Shown here: positions 27,371 to 41,855 of the stretch, one piece after another
Layout: the number at the start of each line of letters is the position of its first letter
Numbering within the stretch: position 1 is the stretch's first letter
Program-made: the position numbers and the translations under genes
Notes under the pieces: generated by a model
Database searches by the model: none
What the model saw: the letters and a program-made list of their open reading frames with translations, nothing else
What the model was told of the DNA's origin: nothing
DNA from: Eledone cirrhosa
Lineage: Eukaryota
NCBI GenBank assembly: GCA_964016885.1
Contig: OZ024742.1
Location: 251,410,001-251,474,000, forward strand
Reading direction: 5' to 3'
Length of the DNA stretch: 64,000 nucleotides

Positions 27371-27450
27371 TATATATATATATGTATATATGCATATCAT
27401 CATCATCATCCTCGTTTAACGTCCACTTTCCACGCTAGCATGGGTTAGAC

Positions 27451-27484
<34 letters not shown>

Positions 27485-27665
27485 AGTGATCTTTGTTACT
27501 TTTATTATATATATACATAATAATAAAAGGATGATTTGTTATGTCTTCATTACGTTTATTGAGTTGTGACACGCGTTTCGCTATTGATCAGCTCAAGGTT
27601 CAATCTGTATGGATCTGGCCTGACTCTGGAATCAAGCTTGTCGGACCTCTGCTGTGGTAATGACA

Positions 27666-27736
<71 letters not shown>

Positions 27737-27914
27737 GTATAACTGAACAAAAAAGAAAAACGAACACAGACATATATATATATGCGTTCAAATCGTAAGG
27801 GACCAGAAACGCTAAGATGAAAAAATTACTAACTACAGACAATAGCGTTTGCTAGACTCAATTTAAGAATAAATTAAGAAAAATAAATACAAACCAGTAT
27901 TGTGGTAACTACCA

Positions 27915-27997
27915 TCACCCGGATGGTTTTTGATGGAACCGTTTCGCAATATTATTTATGAAGAGGTATATCAAATTCCTAGCTCATCAGCAGGTGA
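27915..27997 (-). ncRNA. Type I hammerhead ribozyme motif with a full hairpin stem III, inside an inverted-repeat-bounded unit (27737-28099)
   Basis: Minus strand: tcacctg CTGATGA gc...gc GAAAc ggtt-ccatcaaa-aacc aTC cgggtga; 7-bp stem I; flanks 27737-27803 and 28034-28099 are inverted repeats. Confidence 0.7.
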
Positions 27998-28171
27998 AGA
28001 ATTAGAATCCTGATCACTTCTAAATAAAAGAGTCCATTACGATTTGAACGCATACATGTATATGTCTGTGTTTGTTTTTCCTTTTTGTTCAGTTATACTG
28101 AAAAACCTTTTTCCTAGAGCTAATTTTACTGTAATGAGACTATTTTGAGTTTCTAACTCAATACATGCTTT

Positions 28172-28219
<48 letters not shown>

Positions 28220-28299
28220 CCTCCTGTGTTTTGTTTGTTTCATTTATCATCAATATATATATATATATATATATTTAACAGTAGGAGTCACAGTGATAG

Positions 28300-28922
28300 A
28301 CACATTTTTCAAATGCAGGTAGGTTCTATAGAAGTGGTTGATAGCTTCTGGTACCTATATGATCAGATTAGCATGGGAGGGGGGGGGGTTCTGAGGTCAT
28401 AGTATCTAGAATAAGGACGGGTTGGAAGAAGTTTAGGGAGCTGCTTCGTCTGTTGACAAAGAAGGGTTTCTCCCTGCGTACGAAAGACCAGTTATATGAT
28501 GCCTGTGTGAGATGCGCAATGCTCCATGGTAGTGAGACATGGGCAGCAACTGCAGAGGATATGCAATGGCTGGAGAGAAATGAAGCAAGCATACTCCGTA
28601 GGATGTCTAATGTCAATGTGCATGAATGACCAAGCATAGATGAGTTGAGAGAGAAACTGTGTATAAGAAGGATAAGTTGTGGTGTGAAGGAGAGAAGACT
28701 GCGATGGTATGGACATGTGATGCGCATGGAGGATGACCGCTGGGTAAAGAAGTGCCAAGAAATCTCAGTAGAGGTAGACCACGAAAAACATGGGCGGAGG
28801 TAGTGTGAGCGGACCTCAGATCACTGAAACTCATGGAGGAGATGACGAAGGACCGTGAAAAGTGGAGAGATGCTGTGCTTACAAGCAGGGAAAAGCGAAG
28901 GTAAAATGATGATGATGATGAT
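28300..28922 (+). mobile_element. Decayed RTE LINE 3' fragment (older subfamily, short UTR)
   Basis: RIRTGWKKFRELL, MLHGSETWA, RLRWYGHVMRM; (GAT)n tail. Confidence 0.85.
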
Positions 28923-29177
28923 AAGTATAAAGTAATATGTTTTCGAATACGAATAAAGATAATTGTAGATGAAGTATTGCAGCTCAAAAATATGTGATTT
29001 ATTACGTACACAAGGCTACATACAATTTTATAGTAAGTATGAAATCCTAATATGAACAATTAAAATTTCCCATAGAGCAAGAATTACATTGAAAAATAAG
29101 CCAAATACTGCTAACTGTATCACATTTTAATTTACATGCATTTCATCCTTAATATTAAAAGTTTAAATATATATATT

Positions 29178-30190
29178 TATCATCATCATTCTTTTACGTC
29201 CATTTCTTCATGCTGGCATGGGTTAGACAAGTTGTCCTGTTGTGGACAATGTCAAGTCAGGTGACCATGTCTTGCTCATATGGAACTGAGTTTGGCTTGG
29301 TTTCCACGGCTGGATGCCTAACTCCAAATTCATTTACAGTGAGTACTAGCTGCTTTTTGTTGTGATACCTACCCGACCATTTTACAGTGTAGATTGGGTG
29401 CTTTTTGTTATGACACCTACATGAGCACTTTACAGTGTGGACTGGGTGCTTTTTACCATGTCACTGTCATGATCACTTTACAGTGTTTCAGTCTGTCCTC
29501 ATGAGAGAAGTATGGGAGGTGGGATGGGGTGGTGCATACTGTATATATACTTCAGCTTCAACCTGCGTCCATGCAAAATCGGGTCTGTTGTATTGCCGCA
29601 TAAGGCTAGAGATCTCGGTCCTGTGTCATCGCCTTAAGAAGTTCAGGGAGCTACTACCACTGCTAGCTACAAAAGTCTTTTCCCTGAAAATGAAAGGCAG
29701 ACTGTATGATGCATGCATAGAAATGCCAATGTTGCATGGTAGTAAGACCTGGGTGCTGTGTGCAGAAGACTTATGTAGATTGGAAAGGAATGAAGCCTGC
29801 ATGCTCAAATGGATGGATAATAATAATATACGTGAACAGCAAAGCATAAATGTACTGAGAGAGAAACTAGGTATAAGAGGAATTAGATGCAGCATGCAGG
29901 AAAAGAGATTGCAACACTGCAAAAAAGAGTCTCGCCCACACTGTAAAGTGGTCATGTAGGTATCACAACAAAAAGCACCCAGTCCACACTGTAAAGTGGT
30001 CATGTATGTGTCACGGCAAAAAGTATTCTCTGTAAATCAGGTTGGTGCTAGGAAGGGCATCCAGCTGTAGAAACCAAGCCAAAATCAGTTCTGTATGAGC
30101 AAGACATGGTCACCTGACCTGGCATTGCTTGCAACTCATCTAACCCATGCCAGCATGGAAACATGGATGTTAAACGGAGATGATGATAAT
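29178..30190. mobile_element. Rearranged RTE copy: 3' end on - joined to RT C-terminus and 3' end on +
   Basis: (CAT)n at 29178 and (GAT)n at 30180 face outward; junction near 29634; KKFRELLPLLATK on +. Confidence 0.8.
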
Positions 30191-30632
30191 GATATATATA
30201 CATATATATATATATACGGTTGGATGCCCTTCCTAACACCAACCTCATTTGCAGTGTGTGCTTGGTTCTTTTTGCCATGCCTCCTACATGACCACTTTAC
30301 AGTGTGGGCTGGATGTTTTGTGGTACCAACATAACTTTACAGAGTAAGGGTGGTGTGGGCGGAAGTGAAAGGGAGGTGTACAGTGTGTGGGGTGTATATT
30401 TGATTAAGAGGGGCCTACTGAGTGTAAGTTTAAGTTCGCATGAAAGGGAAGGTGAGTCTTCTGAATATATGATCTTGATCATGTGTTATTGTATTGGAGA
30501 GGTTCAAGTGTTCAAGGACAGCTTTTATCACCTTGTCTCAGGTCTTTTTAGATCTACCTATTCCGTAGCTTCCATCAAATTTGATTGCCCTGCACTTTTA
30601 TATAATATATATATAATATATATATATATAAT

Positions 30633-31748
30633 ATCATCATCATCATCATCATCATCACCGATTTATGTCCATTCTTCCACGCTAGCATGGGTTAGATGGG
30701 TTGTCCTGTTGTGGGCAATGCCAGGTCTGGTGACCATGTCTTGCTTTTACAGAACTGATTTTGGCTTGATTTCTACAGCTGGATGCCCTTCCTAACCACC
30801 AACTTCATTTACAGTGTGGACTGGGTGATTTTTTGCTGTGGCGCCTACATGATTACTTTACAATGTGGACTGGGTGATTTTTGTCGTGACACCTACCTGA
30901 CCACTTTACAGGGGGGGGGGGCGTATTGTCTATATACTTCAGCTTCGGCTTGTACCCATGGGAAGTCGGGTCTTCTGTATTACTGCGTAACGCTAGAGGT
31001 CTTGGTCCTGTGTCATCGCCTTTGAGTGGTGCAATTGGGCAAGGTCAGCTTTTATCACCTCATCCCAGGTCTTCTTGGGTCTCCCCACTCCAAGGCTTCC
31101 ATCGACTTTTAGTGCTCTGCACCTTTTTATGCAGCTGTCATCCATCCTTCATACGCATCACATGTCCATACCAACGCAACCTCCTCTCCTGCACATAGCA
31201 TTTGCTTCCTTTTATGCATAGTTTCTCTCTCAATTGATTTATGCTTCGCCGGTCACATATATTACTATTACACATCTTTCGGAGCATGCAAGCTTCATTT
31301 CTTTATAATCTATGCAAGTTTTCTACACACAACGCCCAGGTCTCAATACCATGTAACATTGCTATTCGTATGCATGCATCATACAGTCTGCTTTTCATTT
31401 TGAGGGAAAAGCATTTCACGGTTAGCAGTGTTAGTAGCTCCCTGAACTTCTTCCATCCGTTCTTACCCTGGTGGCTTTACTTTCAGAACACCCACCTCTG
31501 CTGCTAATTCAGTCACCTAGGTAGAAAAAGGTGTCAACTGTTTCTACAGAGCCCTCCCAGAGTTTGGTGGTCCTTGTTTCCTGTGGCCATTTGCTGCTTA
31601 TTGTCCCGGTGCAACTGCTACATGTAAAGTCTACATTCTTAACTAAACTTCCTGAGATCCCACTACATCTCTTGTGTACCCATAGTTTCCATTTGGGGCA
31701 GAAGATGGAATTTCTACCTACACCTCTCCTACATACTATTTCCCTGAA
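30633..31748 (-). mobile_element. Decayed 5'-truncated RTE LINE
   Basis: Reverse-complement match to 46630-47745; (CAT)n at 30633. Confidence 0.88.
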
Positions 31749-31872
31749 GGGATATATATTATATATATTATATATACTTATATGTGTGTGTGTCTATATG
31801 AACATATATATATATAGCACAAGTAGAAAAAAACTATATGGATATATACACATACATATATATACACATAAC

Positions 31873-32035
31873 GGGTGGTGAATTGGCAGAGTCATTAGAA
31901 TATGGGATAAGAATGCTTTATGGTATTTGATCCGGCTCTCAGCTCTTTGAGTTCAAATCCCACCAAGGTCAAATTTGCCTTTAATCCTTTCGAGGTTGAT
32001 AAAAAAAGTACCAGTCTAGTACTGGGGTGGATTCT
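31873..32035 (+). mobile_element. Decayed family A SINE
   Basis: ggtggtgaattggcagagtcattag...gagttcaaatccc...tttgcctttaatcctttcgaggttgataaaa. Confidence 0.75.
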
Positions 32036-32390
32036 TCCTCTATATCTCTTTCTCATTTCCTCTCTTCTTTCTATCTTTCTCTGGAATAAATCTGCTGTAC
32101 TCAAGCTTGGAGAGGGATGGGCTCCACCAGGCTTAATATGGCCAAGAAACGCTGTATGTCTATACAGTGCCTTACGGAACCATACATACATATATACACG
32201 TATGCATGGAGTTATCTAAAGAGAATTAAAATTGCAAATTAATAATATATTTAAGCTCAATCTGTTTATGTCATTATAGATAGAAATATAGAAGAGATGT
32301 CATTTAAGGATAGAATAAAATGGTGACATATATAACATATAGCATATACAACAAATTCAGATGATGGAATAGATTTCTTAAATGATTTAT

Positions 32391-32496
32391 TACCTTACAA
32401 TTGTTTCAATGCAACAATATAATCAAAAGGAAAAAATATATAATGAACGTAGCTAAGTATCTAAGTATCAGTGATTGCAGTACATCTTCAGAGGCA
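32391..32496 (-). ncRNA. Type I hammerhead ribozyme motif with palindromic stem III and long loop II
   Basis: Minus strand: tgcct CTGAAGA tgta...tgcatt GAAA caattg TA aggta; ACAATTGT palindrome; an inverted partial copy lies at about 32579-32620. Confidence 0.65.
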
Positions 32497-32919
32497 TTAA
32501 ATATAACCAATGACCTGGTAAAAGCAAGCCCAAGAGGGAAAGGAAATGTGTTCATCGATTGGCAGCTGCATTTCTAATTAATGCCTCTGAAAATGTACTG
32601 CACTCACTAATACTTTGCTATATTCAATATCCATTTTTTACTTTTTATTTTATATTATTTTATTTTATCATATTGTCCTAGCATTAGTATGATTTGTCCC
32701 ACTTGAGGCAAGATTGATTGGGTGACTGTGTCTCGCTCGTATAGGACTATCAGGCAGATTTTGTACAGCTGGATGCCTCTCCTAACAGCAACCACATTTA
32801 CAGTGTGGACTGGGACCTTTTTATTGTGTTATCTACATGACCACATTACAGCGTGGACTGTGTTTTTTTGTCATGACACCTACACACACACACACACAGA
32901 TATATATATATATATGTAC

Positions 32920-32976
<57 letters not shown>

Positions 32977-33788
32977 GAAAAGGTAGAGAGACGGTATTAT
33001 ATATTCAACATAAGTTTTTCATTACATCATAAGGTTATGCACATTTCAAAGTCATCTAAATGTCATTATTCAACAGTTATTCAATGTGTTGTCATCAAAC
33101 AGGAAATTAACTGTAAATAAAGTTCGTTTTTGTTTTTGATATACCTGTCATTGAAGAGGTTTTTACATTTCAATATCCAGCAAACATTTTTTAGAATCAT
33201 CATAATCTACTAGCAAGGTTTTGACGTATCTTCACAGATGGAGTCAGTACTGAAGTATGGCTACTGACCTCCCAGACAGGCTCAAAGTCTACATCATGCT
33301 TACATATGGTCCCAGATTCTACTGAGTGAATTTTATAGTGAAAACAGCACAAAAGAGGTTGTCATATCTTTGACACAACTCAAGGTCCTCCCAACACTGG
33401 GTGCATTTATCGTGTAGATCACCGACACAAGGGAGGTTGTCATGTCCTTCAGATAACTAAAGGGTCCTCTCAACCTTTTGTTTGGAAAGCTTTCTATGGC
33501 TAGATACCCTTCCTACCACTAACCACTTTATAGTATATACTGGGTGCAGTTATAGTGTAGATCACCAGCACTAGAGAGGTAGTCAAGCTGTTGACTCACA
33601 GTGTGTTTAAAATTCCATAGTATTTTAAAGATTCAAACATTAACTGAATGAGCACTCAATATGTGTAAGTAGAGTGTAAATTTTATTTTATGAGTTGAAA
33701 AGTGGTAATGACTTTATAGTTTCTATTTGGTTGCTTTATCTTGCAGCCAGATGAAGTGACCAAACAGATAAAAAAAATTATATATATA

Positions 33789-33835
<47 letters not shown>

Positions 33836-34363
33836 ATGTACATATATTCTTGTATTATGGAATGTTTACTAATTGGCAACTGGGACTGTGTTTGTTTCAC
33901 TCCAATCAGCAAATCATGGTGTAATTAGAAAAATGCACTCAACGTCTTATCCACCCTTCCAATTCATCATCATCCTCATTGTCGTTTTAACGTCTGCTTT
34001 CCTTCTTAGCAAAGGATGGACAGTACATTCATTAATAATAAAATATGAAGGCTAAATTTCCATACCAACACATTACAGTGCCTTAGATATGAATTACACA
34101 AAATATACTACCTAAGAGGTTGTCTGGAGATGTGTTAGGAATTGCATTATAGCATCATGTCGTAACAATGGTACCAGAGAAATGTGTATTATGGTTAATT
34201 ATGTAAAAAAAAAGAAATTATGGAAATTTAGCGTTTGTATTTTATTATTATTGAAAATAAATAAATAAAAAATAATAATAATAAATAAATAAATAAATAA
34301 ATAATAAAGAAAGAAAGAAAGCATTATTATTGAAACAATTATTATTGTGTATATATATATATA

Positions 34364-34685
34364 TCATCATCATCATCACCGTTTTACGTCCGTTTTTCCA
34401 CGCTAGCATGGGTTAGACAGGTTGTCCTGTTGCGGGCAGTGTCCGGTCGGCTGACCTTGTCTTGCTCATACGGGAACTTATTCTGGCTTGATTTCTACAA
34501 CTGGATGCCCTTCCTAACACCAACCTCATTTACAGTGAGTCCTGGGTGCTTTTTTCCGTGGCGCCTACACGTCCACTTTACAGTGTGGTCTGGGTGCTAT
34601 TTTGCCGTGGCACCTTCACGACCACTTTGCAGTGGGAGGGTGTGGGGCATATTGTCTATATGTTTCAGCTTCGGCTTGTACCCGT
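34364..34685 (-). mobile_element. RTE 3' UTR/tail fragment
   Basis: Reverse complement of the 47430-47745 type UTR with (CAT)n. Confidence 0.85.
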
Positions 34686-34954
34686 GTATATGTGTGTGTG
34701 TATGTATGTATGTATGTATATATATATCTGTCTGTTCTCTTCCCTCTGCTTGCTAATGCATGCTCAGCTACTAGTCCCCATTTCCCAGCCTCTCTTATTC
34801 TTTCTTTCACTACATGGCTTTGAAAGAGACAGAACCTGTTTGTCTGCTCGCCTTTCTCTTCTATACACACTTATTTACATATTCTTCCTTCCTGTGTTAC
34901 CATATGCATAACTTGCACCCTATCTTGTCCAGTTTCCTATCATATGCTATTTTT

Positions 34955-35290
34955 TGCAGTATAGAGTTACAGCCCTTTATGTTCTGAGTTTAAATCCCAC
35001 CAAGGTTAGCTTTGCCTTTCATCCTTGTAATAATACACTGGGGTCGATTTAGTTGACTTTCCCTACTCCTAAAATTGTTGGCCTTCTGCCTAAAATCAGA
35101 AACCATGGATTGGCAGTATCGGTAGAGGGTCGGACTCCATGCTTTCCAGCATAGTTACGTCCCTTTACGATCTGAGTTCAAATCCTGCCGAGGTTGACTT
35201 TGCCTTTCATCCTTACGAGGTCGATAAAATAAAGTACCAGTAATGCACTGGGTAATTGCTGGCCTTGTGCCTAAAGTAGAAACAATTATT
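34955..35290 (+). mobile_element. Two tandem family A SINEs (older 34955-35105, younger 35106-35290)
   Basis: Two successive gagtt.aaatcc...tttgcctttcatcctt...cctaaa.tagaaac blocks. Confidence 0.8.
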
Positions 35291-35534
35291 ATAATTTATT
35301 TAAGTACTTGCTTTGTTGTCTTAGTCAAAAGTCACTCCATTGTTCCTCTCTGTCATTATGTTATTGTGTTGTATTATATGCACATCTTAAAGAACGACAC
35401 AACTAGGTCTGAAAATGAATTAATAGTGTTTATCTTTTTTTTTTTAATCTACAGTGAAATACTTATATGTGGCATGTTTACTTGTTAAAAATGTGTAAAT
35501 TTATATACATATTTGCATAGTCTTTGTTACTTCT

Positions 35535-35565
<31 letters not shown>

Positions 35566-35871
35566 CTAAAAAAGTCAAAAAGTCTGTCTTAAGCCAGAAG
35601 ACTCATTTGGCCGGTGCTTATCTTGGTTTCATGGTGTGAAGCGACTGAGAGTACAAATTGATTACAAGGTAACATTTCTGAGGCAATTTTGGGTGGAAGG
35701 GAGCGGACTAAAAATGTGTATGTTTTTGCTTTCAGGGAGCAAAAACATAATCAATGTTTGCTGTCTGAAGAAATCACGATATCTATTGTCATTGAAATAT
35801 GTATAACGGCTCAATTAATAAAGGTCCCTAACATTTTCAACTTCGCATTTTCCTCTTTATATCATTTAAAT

Positions 35872-36230
35872 ATCATCATCATCATCATCATCATCATCAC
35901 CGTTTTACGTCCACATTTTCTTCCACGCTAGCATGGGTCAGACGGTTTGTCCTGTTGTGGGCAGTGTCTGGTCAGCTGACCTTGTCTTGCTCATACAGGA
36001 ACTGATTCTGGCTTGATTTCTACAGCTGGATGCCGTTCCTAACACCAACCTCATTTACAGTGAGTGCTGGGTGCTTTTTTTCCATGGCACCTCCACGACC
36101 ACTTTGTAGTGGAATGATAGGGACCCCAGTCCTATCATCTCATTTCTACAGCTGAGTAAACTGGAGCAATGTGAAATAAAGTGTCTTGCTCAAGGAAACA
36201 ACACATCACCCAGGCCGAGAATTGAACCTA
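35872..36230 (-). mobile_element. Family B SINE with RTE tail, head truncated
   Basis: Co-linear with 5340-5716. Confidence 0.82.
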
Positions 36231-36789
36231 CATATATATATATATATAAATATAACCTCATGTACACTTCAGATGCTTAGCGCACAACTTTATATTTGTG
36301 TGCTTGTGTGAATGTTTATATAGAAAAACTAGTTGGAAACAGTGTCATACAATTCCAGTGATGGTGGTGTTGGTAGTAATGATGTTGGTGATACTGGTGC
36401 TGATTGGTGGGGTAGAAGTAGTGGTGGTGTCTTTTGTGTTGGTGGTACCTGGTGGTGTTTGCTTGCTGTGAGGTGAATTCCATATTAACAACTGTGTTAG
36501 CACAACCAGCACATACTAGTGGCTACACTCCCCCACCATTGTCCTATTCACACATCAACCAACACCACTAAACAACAACACCACTGGTACCATTACCACA
36601 ACCACTAACCACACTTTGATGAGATCTACACTCCACCACCATCAGCACCTACACATACCAGTAGTTATTGGTTGTGATCTACAACCCCCACACAGCCATA
36701 GTGGGATCTTCACTAACTGACAGTGATAATAGGTATGTGAAATATTTCCACCCACCTGTCTTCACATAACAAAATCTGTGATCACCAGT

Positions 36790-39700
36790 CAATAACAACA
36801 ACAACAACAACCACAATCTCCAACGCCACCACCACCACCACCACCACCACACACACAACAACAACAACAATCACCACCACCACACATCAACAACAACAAC
36901 CACAATCTCCAAGACCACCACACAACCATCAGACATCAAGACATCAACAACAACACCACCACTACACACTACCGACAACAACAAACACCACCACCACCAT
37001 CACCACAATCTCCAACACCACCACTACCACCAGCAGCACACACCAACAACAACCACAATCCCCAACACCACCACCACACCAACAACAACCACAATCTCCA
37101 ATCACCACCACCACCACCACATACCACCGACAGCAACCACAATCTCCAACTACTACAACCAGTACTATTACCACCACCAGCACCACTTCCACCACCAAAA
37201 CCTCCACCAACACCACTACCATCAACACCACAATCAACACCACTACCACCTGCACCACTACCATCAACACCACCATCAACAACACCATCAACACCACTAC
37301 CACCAACACCACTACCACCAACACCACTACCACCAACACCACCATAAACACCACTACCACCAGCACCACTACCAACAAAACCACCATCAACACCACTACC
37401 ACCAGCACCACTACCATCAACACCCCTATCAACACCACTACCACCAGCACCACTACAACCAAGACCACCATCAACACCACTACCACCAGCACCACTACAA
37501 TCAACACCACCACCAACCACAATACCACCAGCACTACTACCATCAAAACCACCATCAACACCACTACCACCAGCACCACTACCATCAACACCATCATCAA
37601 CACCACTAGCACCAACACCACTACCACCAGCACCACTACCACCAACACCACCATCAACACCACTACCACCAGCACTACTACCATCAAGACCACCACCAAC
37701 ACCACTACCATCAAAACCACAACTAACACCACTACCACCAGCACCACTACCATAAAAACCACCATCAACACCACTACCACCAACACCACTACCATCAACA
37801 CCACCATCAACACCACTACCACCAGCACCACTACCATCAAGAGCACCATCAACACCAATACCACCAGCACCACTACCATCAGCACCACCATCAACACCAG
37901 TACCACCAGCACTACTACCATCAAGACCACCACCAACACCAATACCACCAGCACCACTACCACCAACACCACAATCAACACCACTACCACCAGCACTACT
38001 ACCATCAAGACCACCACCAACACCACTACCATCAAAACCACAACTAACACCACTACCACCAGCACCACTACCATAAAAACCACCATCAACACCACTACCA
38101 CCAACACCACTACCATCAACACCACCATCAACACCACTACCACCAGCACCACTACCATCAAGAGCACCATCAACACCAATACCACCAGCATCACTACCAT
38201 CACAACCACCATCAACACCACTACCACCAACACCACCACCAAGACCACTACCACCAACACCACTACCATCAACACCACCATCAACACCACTACCACCAGC
38301 ACCACTACCACCAACACCACCACCAACACCAGTACCACCAGCACTACTACCATCAAAACCACCATCAACACCACTACCACCAGCACCACTACCATCAAGA
38401 CCACCATCAACACCACTACCACCAGCACCACTACCACCAACACCACCATCAACACCACTACAACAAGCACCACTACCATCAAGACCACCATCAACACCAC
38501 TACCACCTGCACCACTACCACCAACGCCACCTTCAACACCACTACCACCAGCACCACTACCATCAACACCACCACCAACACCACTACCACCAGCACCACT
38601 ACCATCAACACCACCACCAACACCACTACCACCAGCACCACTACCATCAACACCACCACCAACGTCAGTACCACCAGCACCACTACCATCAAAACCACCA
38701 TCAACACCACTACCACCAGCACCACTACCATCAACACCACCATCAAGACCACTACCACCAACACCACTACTACCAACAGCACCACCAAGACCACTACCAC
38801 CAACACCACTACCATCAACACCACCATCAACACCACTACCACCAGCACCACTACCACCAGCACCACTACCATCAACACCACCACCAACACCACTACCACC
38901 AGCACCACTACCATCAACACCACCACCAACACCAGTACCACCAACACCACTACCACCAACACCACTACCACCAACACCACCACCACCAACACCGCTACCA
39001 CCAACACCACTACCATCAACACCACCACCAACACCACTACCACCAGCACCACTACCATCAACACCACCACCAACACCAGTACCACCAACACCACTACCAC
39101 CAACACCACTACCACCAACACCACCACCACCAACACCGCTACCACCAACACCACTACCATCAACACCATCAACACCACTACCATCAACACCACTACCATC
39201 AACACCACCACCAACACCACTACCACCAACACCACTACCATCAACACCACCACCAACACCACTACCACCAACACCACTAATACCAACACCACTACCATCA
39301 ACATCACCACCAACACCACTACCACCAACACCACTACCACCAACACCACTACCATCAACACCGCCACCACCAACACCACCACCACCAACACCACTACCAC
39401 CAACACCACTACCACCAACACCACCAACACCACTACCATCAACACCACCACCAATACCACTACCACCAACACCACTACCACCAACACCACCACCACCAAC
39501 ACCACTACCACCAACACCACTACCACCAACACCACTACCACCAACACCACCTCCACCAACACGACTACCATCAACACCACCACCAACACCACTACCACAA
39601 ACACCACTACCACCAACAACACCACCACCAACACCACCACCACCAACACCACTACCACCAACACCACTACCATCAACACCACTACCACCAACACCACTAC

Positions 39701-40010
39701 CACCAACACCACCACCAACAACATCACTACCTCTAACACCACTACCATGTACACCACCACCAACACCACTACCACCAACACCACTACCACCAATACCACT
39801 AATTTTATTTTCTCACTATTAATACAGAACTTTAATTTTGTTAGCTTTGACATTTTTTCACAGTTGGAGCTGGGTGGAAGTGGAAGCTAGATGGGTGGGA
39901 CTACACCCACAACCTGCACCACTACACCCATCTCAACTACAGCCAACACCACTACCAAAACCATTGCCACTAACCACCAACACCACCAACATCACAAACA
40001 CCATTACCAC
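36790..40010. repeat. About 3-kb (ACC/AAC/ACT) trinucleotide-derived satellite built from 15- and 12-bp units
   Basis: Units accactaccaccaac, accactaccatcaac, accactaccaccagc, accaccaccaac; higher-order duplications with periods of about 321 bp and 144 bp. Confidence 0.92.
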
Positions 40011-40051
40011 AAGGAGAATTTCTTCTATTAGTGACACACCCACTGCTTACA

Positions 40052-40320
40052 CGCTCTCTCCCTCTCACTCCTTCCAACCCTCTTTCTCTCTCTCTTCCTA
40101 AGATACTAACAAAATACCACACCCTGTCCCCTCCCTCTTTCTCTCTTCCCTCTCTCTTTTTCTCTCCTCTCTCTCTCTCCCCCTTCTCACCTCTCTCTTT
40201 CTCTCTCCTCTCTCTCCCCTCTCTCTTTCTCTCTCCTTCCCCGCTCTCTTTCTCCCCTCCCCCTCCCTTTCTTTTCACACCCCTCTCTTTCTCCCCCTGT
40301 TTCTCTCTTCCCTCTCTCTC
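40052..40320. repeat. (CT)-rich polypyrimidine tract
   Basis: Almost pure C/T over 40122-40320. Confidence 0.9.
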
Positions 40321-41127
40321 ACACTGAGACACTAAATGAAAGATGGAAGGTTAAAACCTAATATCTATGTCTTAGTGTCTTACTGAAGGACAAAGCATCA
40401 AGTTAGATTGGGTTATCCTGTTCTAAATATTGACCTGTTTCTCTGCTATCTCTCTATTTCAGTCATATCAGAATGACCAATGGATGTCTCACACACATAT
40501 ACTACATCTAATCAAACACTTTACACTTTACACAAGGAATTAGGAGGTAACATAAGTGTCTATTTATTGATCAACACTGATTAGAAAGATTAGAGTGAGT
40601 GAGTGGTAATAGTTTGCATGGGGACTACACCTTGTCACTTAAAAAACAAATAAACTACTCAATTCTATATAAATGACAAGTATATTTGTAGGTGTGTGTG
40701 GGTATAACAGCCAATCAGCTATTACACACACCGGTGAGAACATGCACAGACACACACTCTTATATAGCATCCTCATTATCATCATCATCATCATCACCAT
40801 TACCCTTTTAAGCAGCGTTTTACCATGCTTGAACAGGTTGACATGTTTTAAGGTTAGCCAAGTCAGATCAGGTGACACATTTTGCTGATAGTGATCTGTT
40901 TGGGGCTTAGTTTCTCTGGCTGGATGTACTTCCTAATGCCAACTACACTACAGCATGTACTGGGAGTCTTTTTCATGGAACCACCACAACCACCTGGGTG
41001 CTTTGTTGTGGTACCAGCACAAGTGAACCTGGTGTGTGTTCATTGTGGCACTAGCACGACCATCTTACTGCGTGGACTGGATGCCTTTTGTTGTTGCACC
41101 AGTATGACCACCTTACAGGCATATGTG

Positions 41128-41208
<81 letters not shown>

Positions 41209-41258
41209 AGTATGTATGTATACGTACATACATATATGTATACAGACGTACAGTAGCA

Positions 41259-41357
<99 letters not shown>

Positions 41358-41665
41358 GCATACAGGTACACATACATATATGCACGCATCAGTTTAGCAG
41401 ACGTTTATTATAACGCCTGCTTTGTTCGTTTGTTTGTCAACAAATCGAACAGCCTGAATTTATGGCATACGGTGTTAAGGCAACCACGTCACCTTTTTGT
41501 TCAACACTGACACAGGAACGATGTACTAGTTTCAAGCTTGTTAGCTATCATCAGCACCGTTTACCCATCTGCCAGATAGTTGAACGTTTTAAGTAAGTGC
41601 CATACTAAGAGTGAGAAATGAAATTTCGTTTTCATTTTTTTTCAACTTATATATATATATATATA

Positions 41666-41699
<34 letters not shown>

Positions 41700-41776
41700 T
41701 ATTTAATCAAGGGAATGCAAATACAGAAAAAATCCTAAAATAAATTTTTAAAAATTCACTGTACTTACTATATGTG

Positions 41777-41855
41777 GCCTTACCGCGGTTTCAAATCCCA
41801 ACGAATAGATAATCCAAGCGGATTTTTATTGAGAAAGAGATTATCGTCAGAAGGC
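41777..41855 (-). ncRNA. Type I hammerhead ribozyme motif in an inverted-repeat unit (41706-42304)
   Basis: Minus strand: gcctt CTGACGA taatctc...gggattt GAAA ccgcgg TA aggc; ACCGCGGT palindrome; 41706-41906 and 42104-42304 are inverted repeats. Confidence 0.7.

Noticed and set aside
27560-27610. gct-gatcaat-agc-gaaacgcgt hammerhead-like 3' half (-)
   Set aside because: CUGANGA core and stem I are not recoverable, so it is not called
36660-36740. Short unique island with gtatgt donor-like sites on both strands
   Set aside because: No convincing acceptor or recognisable peptide
36962-39853. 963-aa poly-Val ORF as a membrane protein
   Set aside because: Implausible composition; by-product of a triplet satellite
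41051-41510. [12 protein letters not shown] and CVCV ORFs here and elsewhere
   Set aside because: Translations of (TA)n, (GA)n and (TG)n microsatellites
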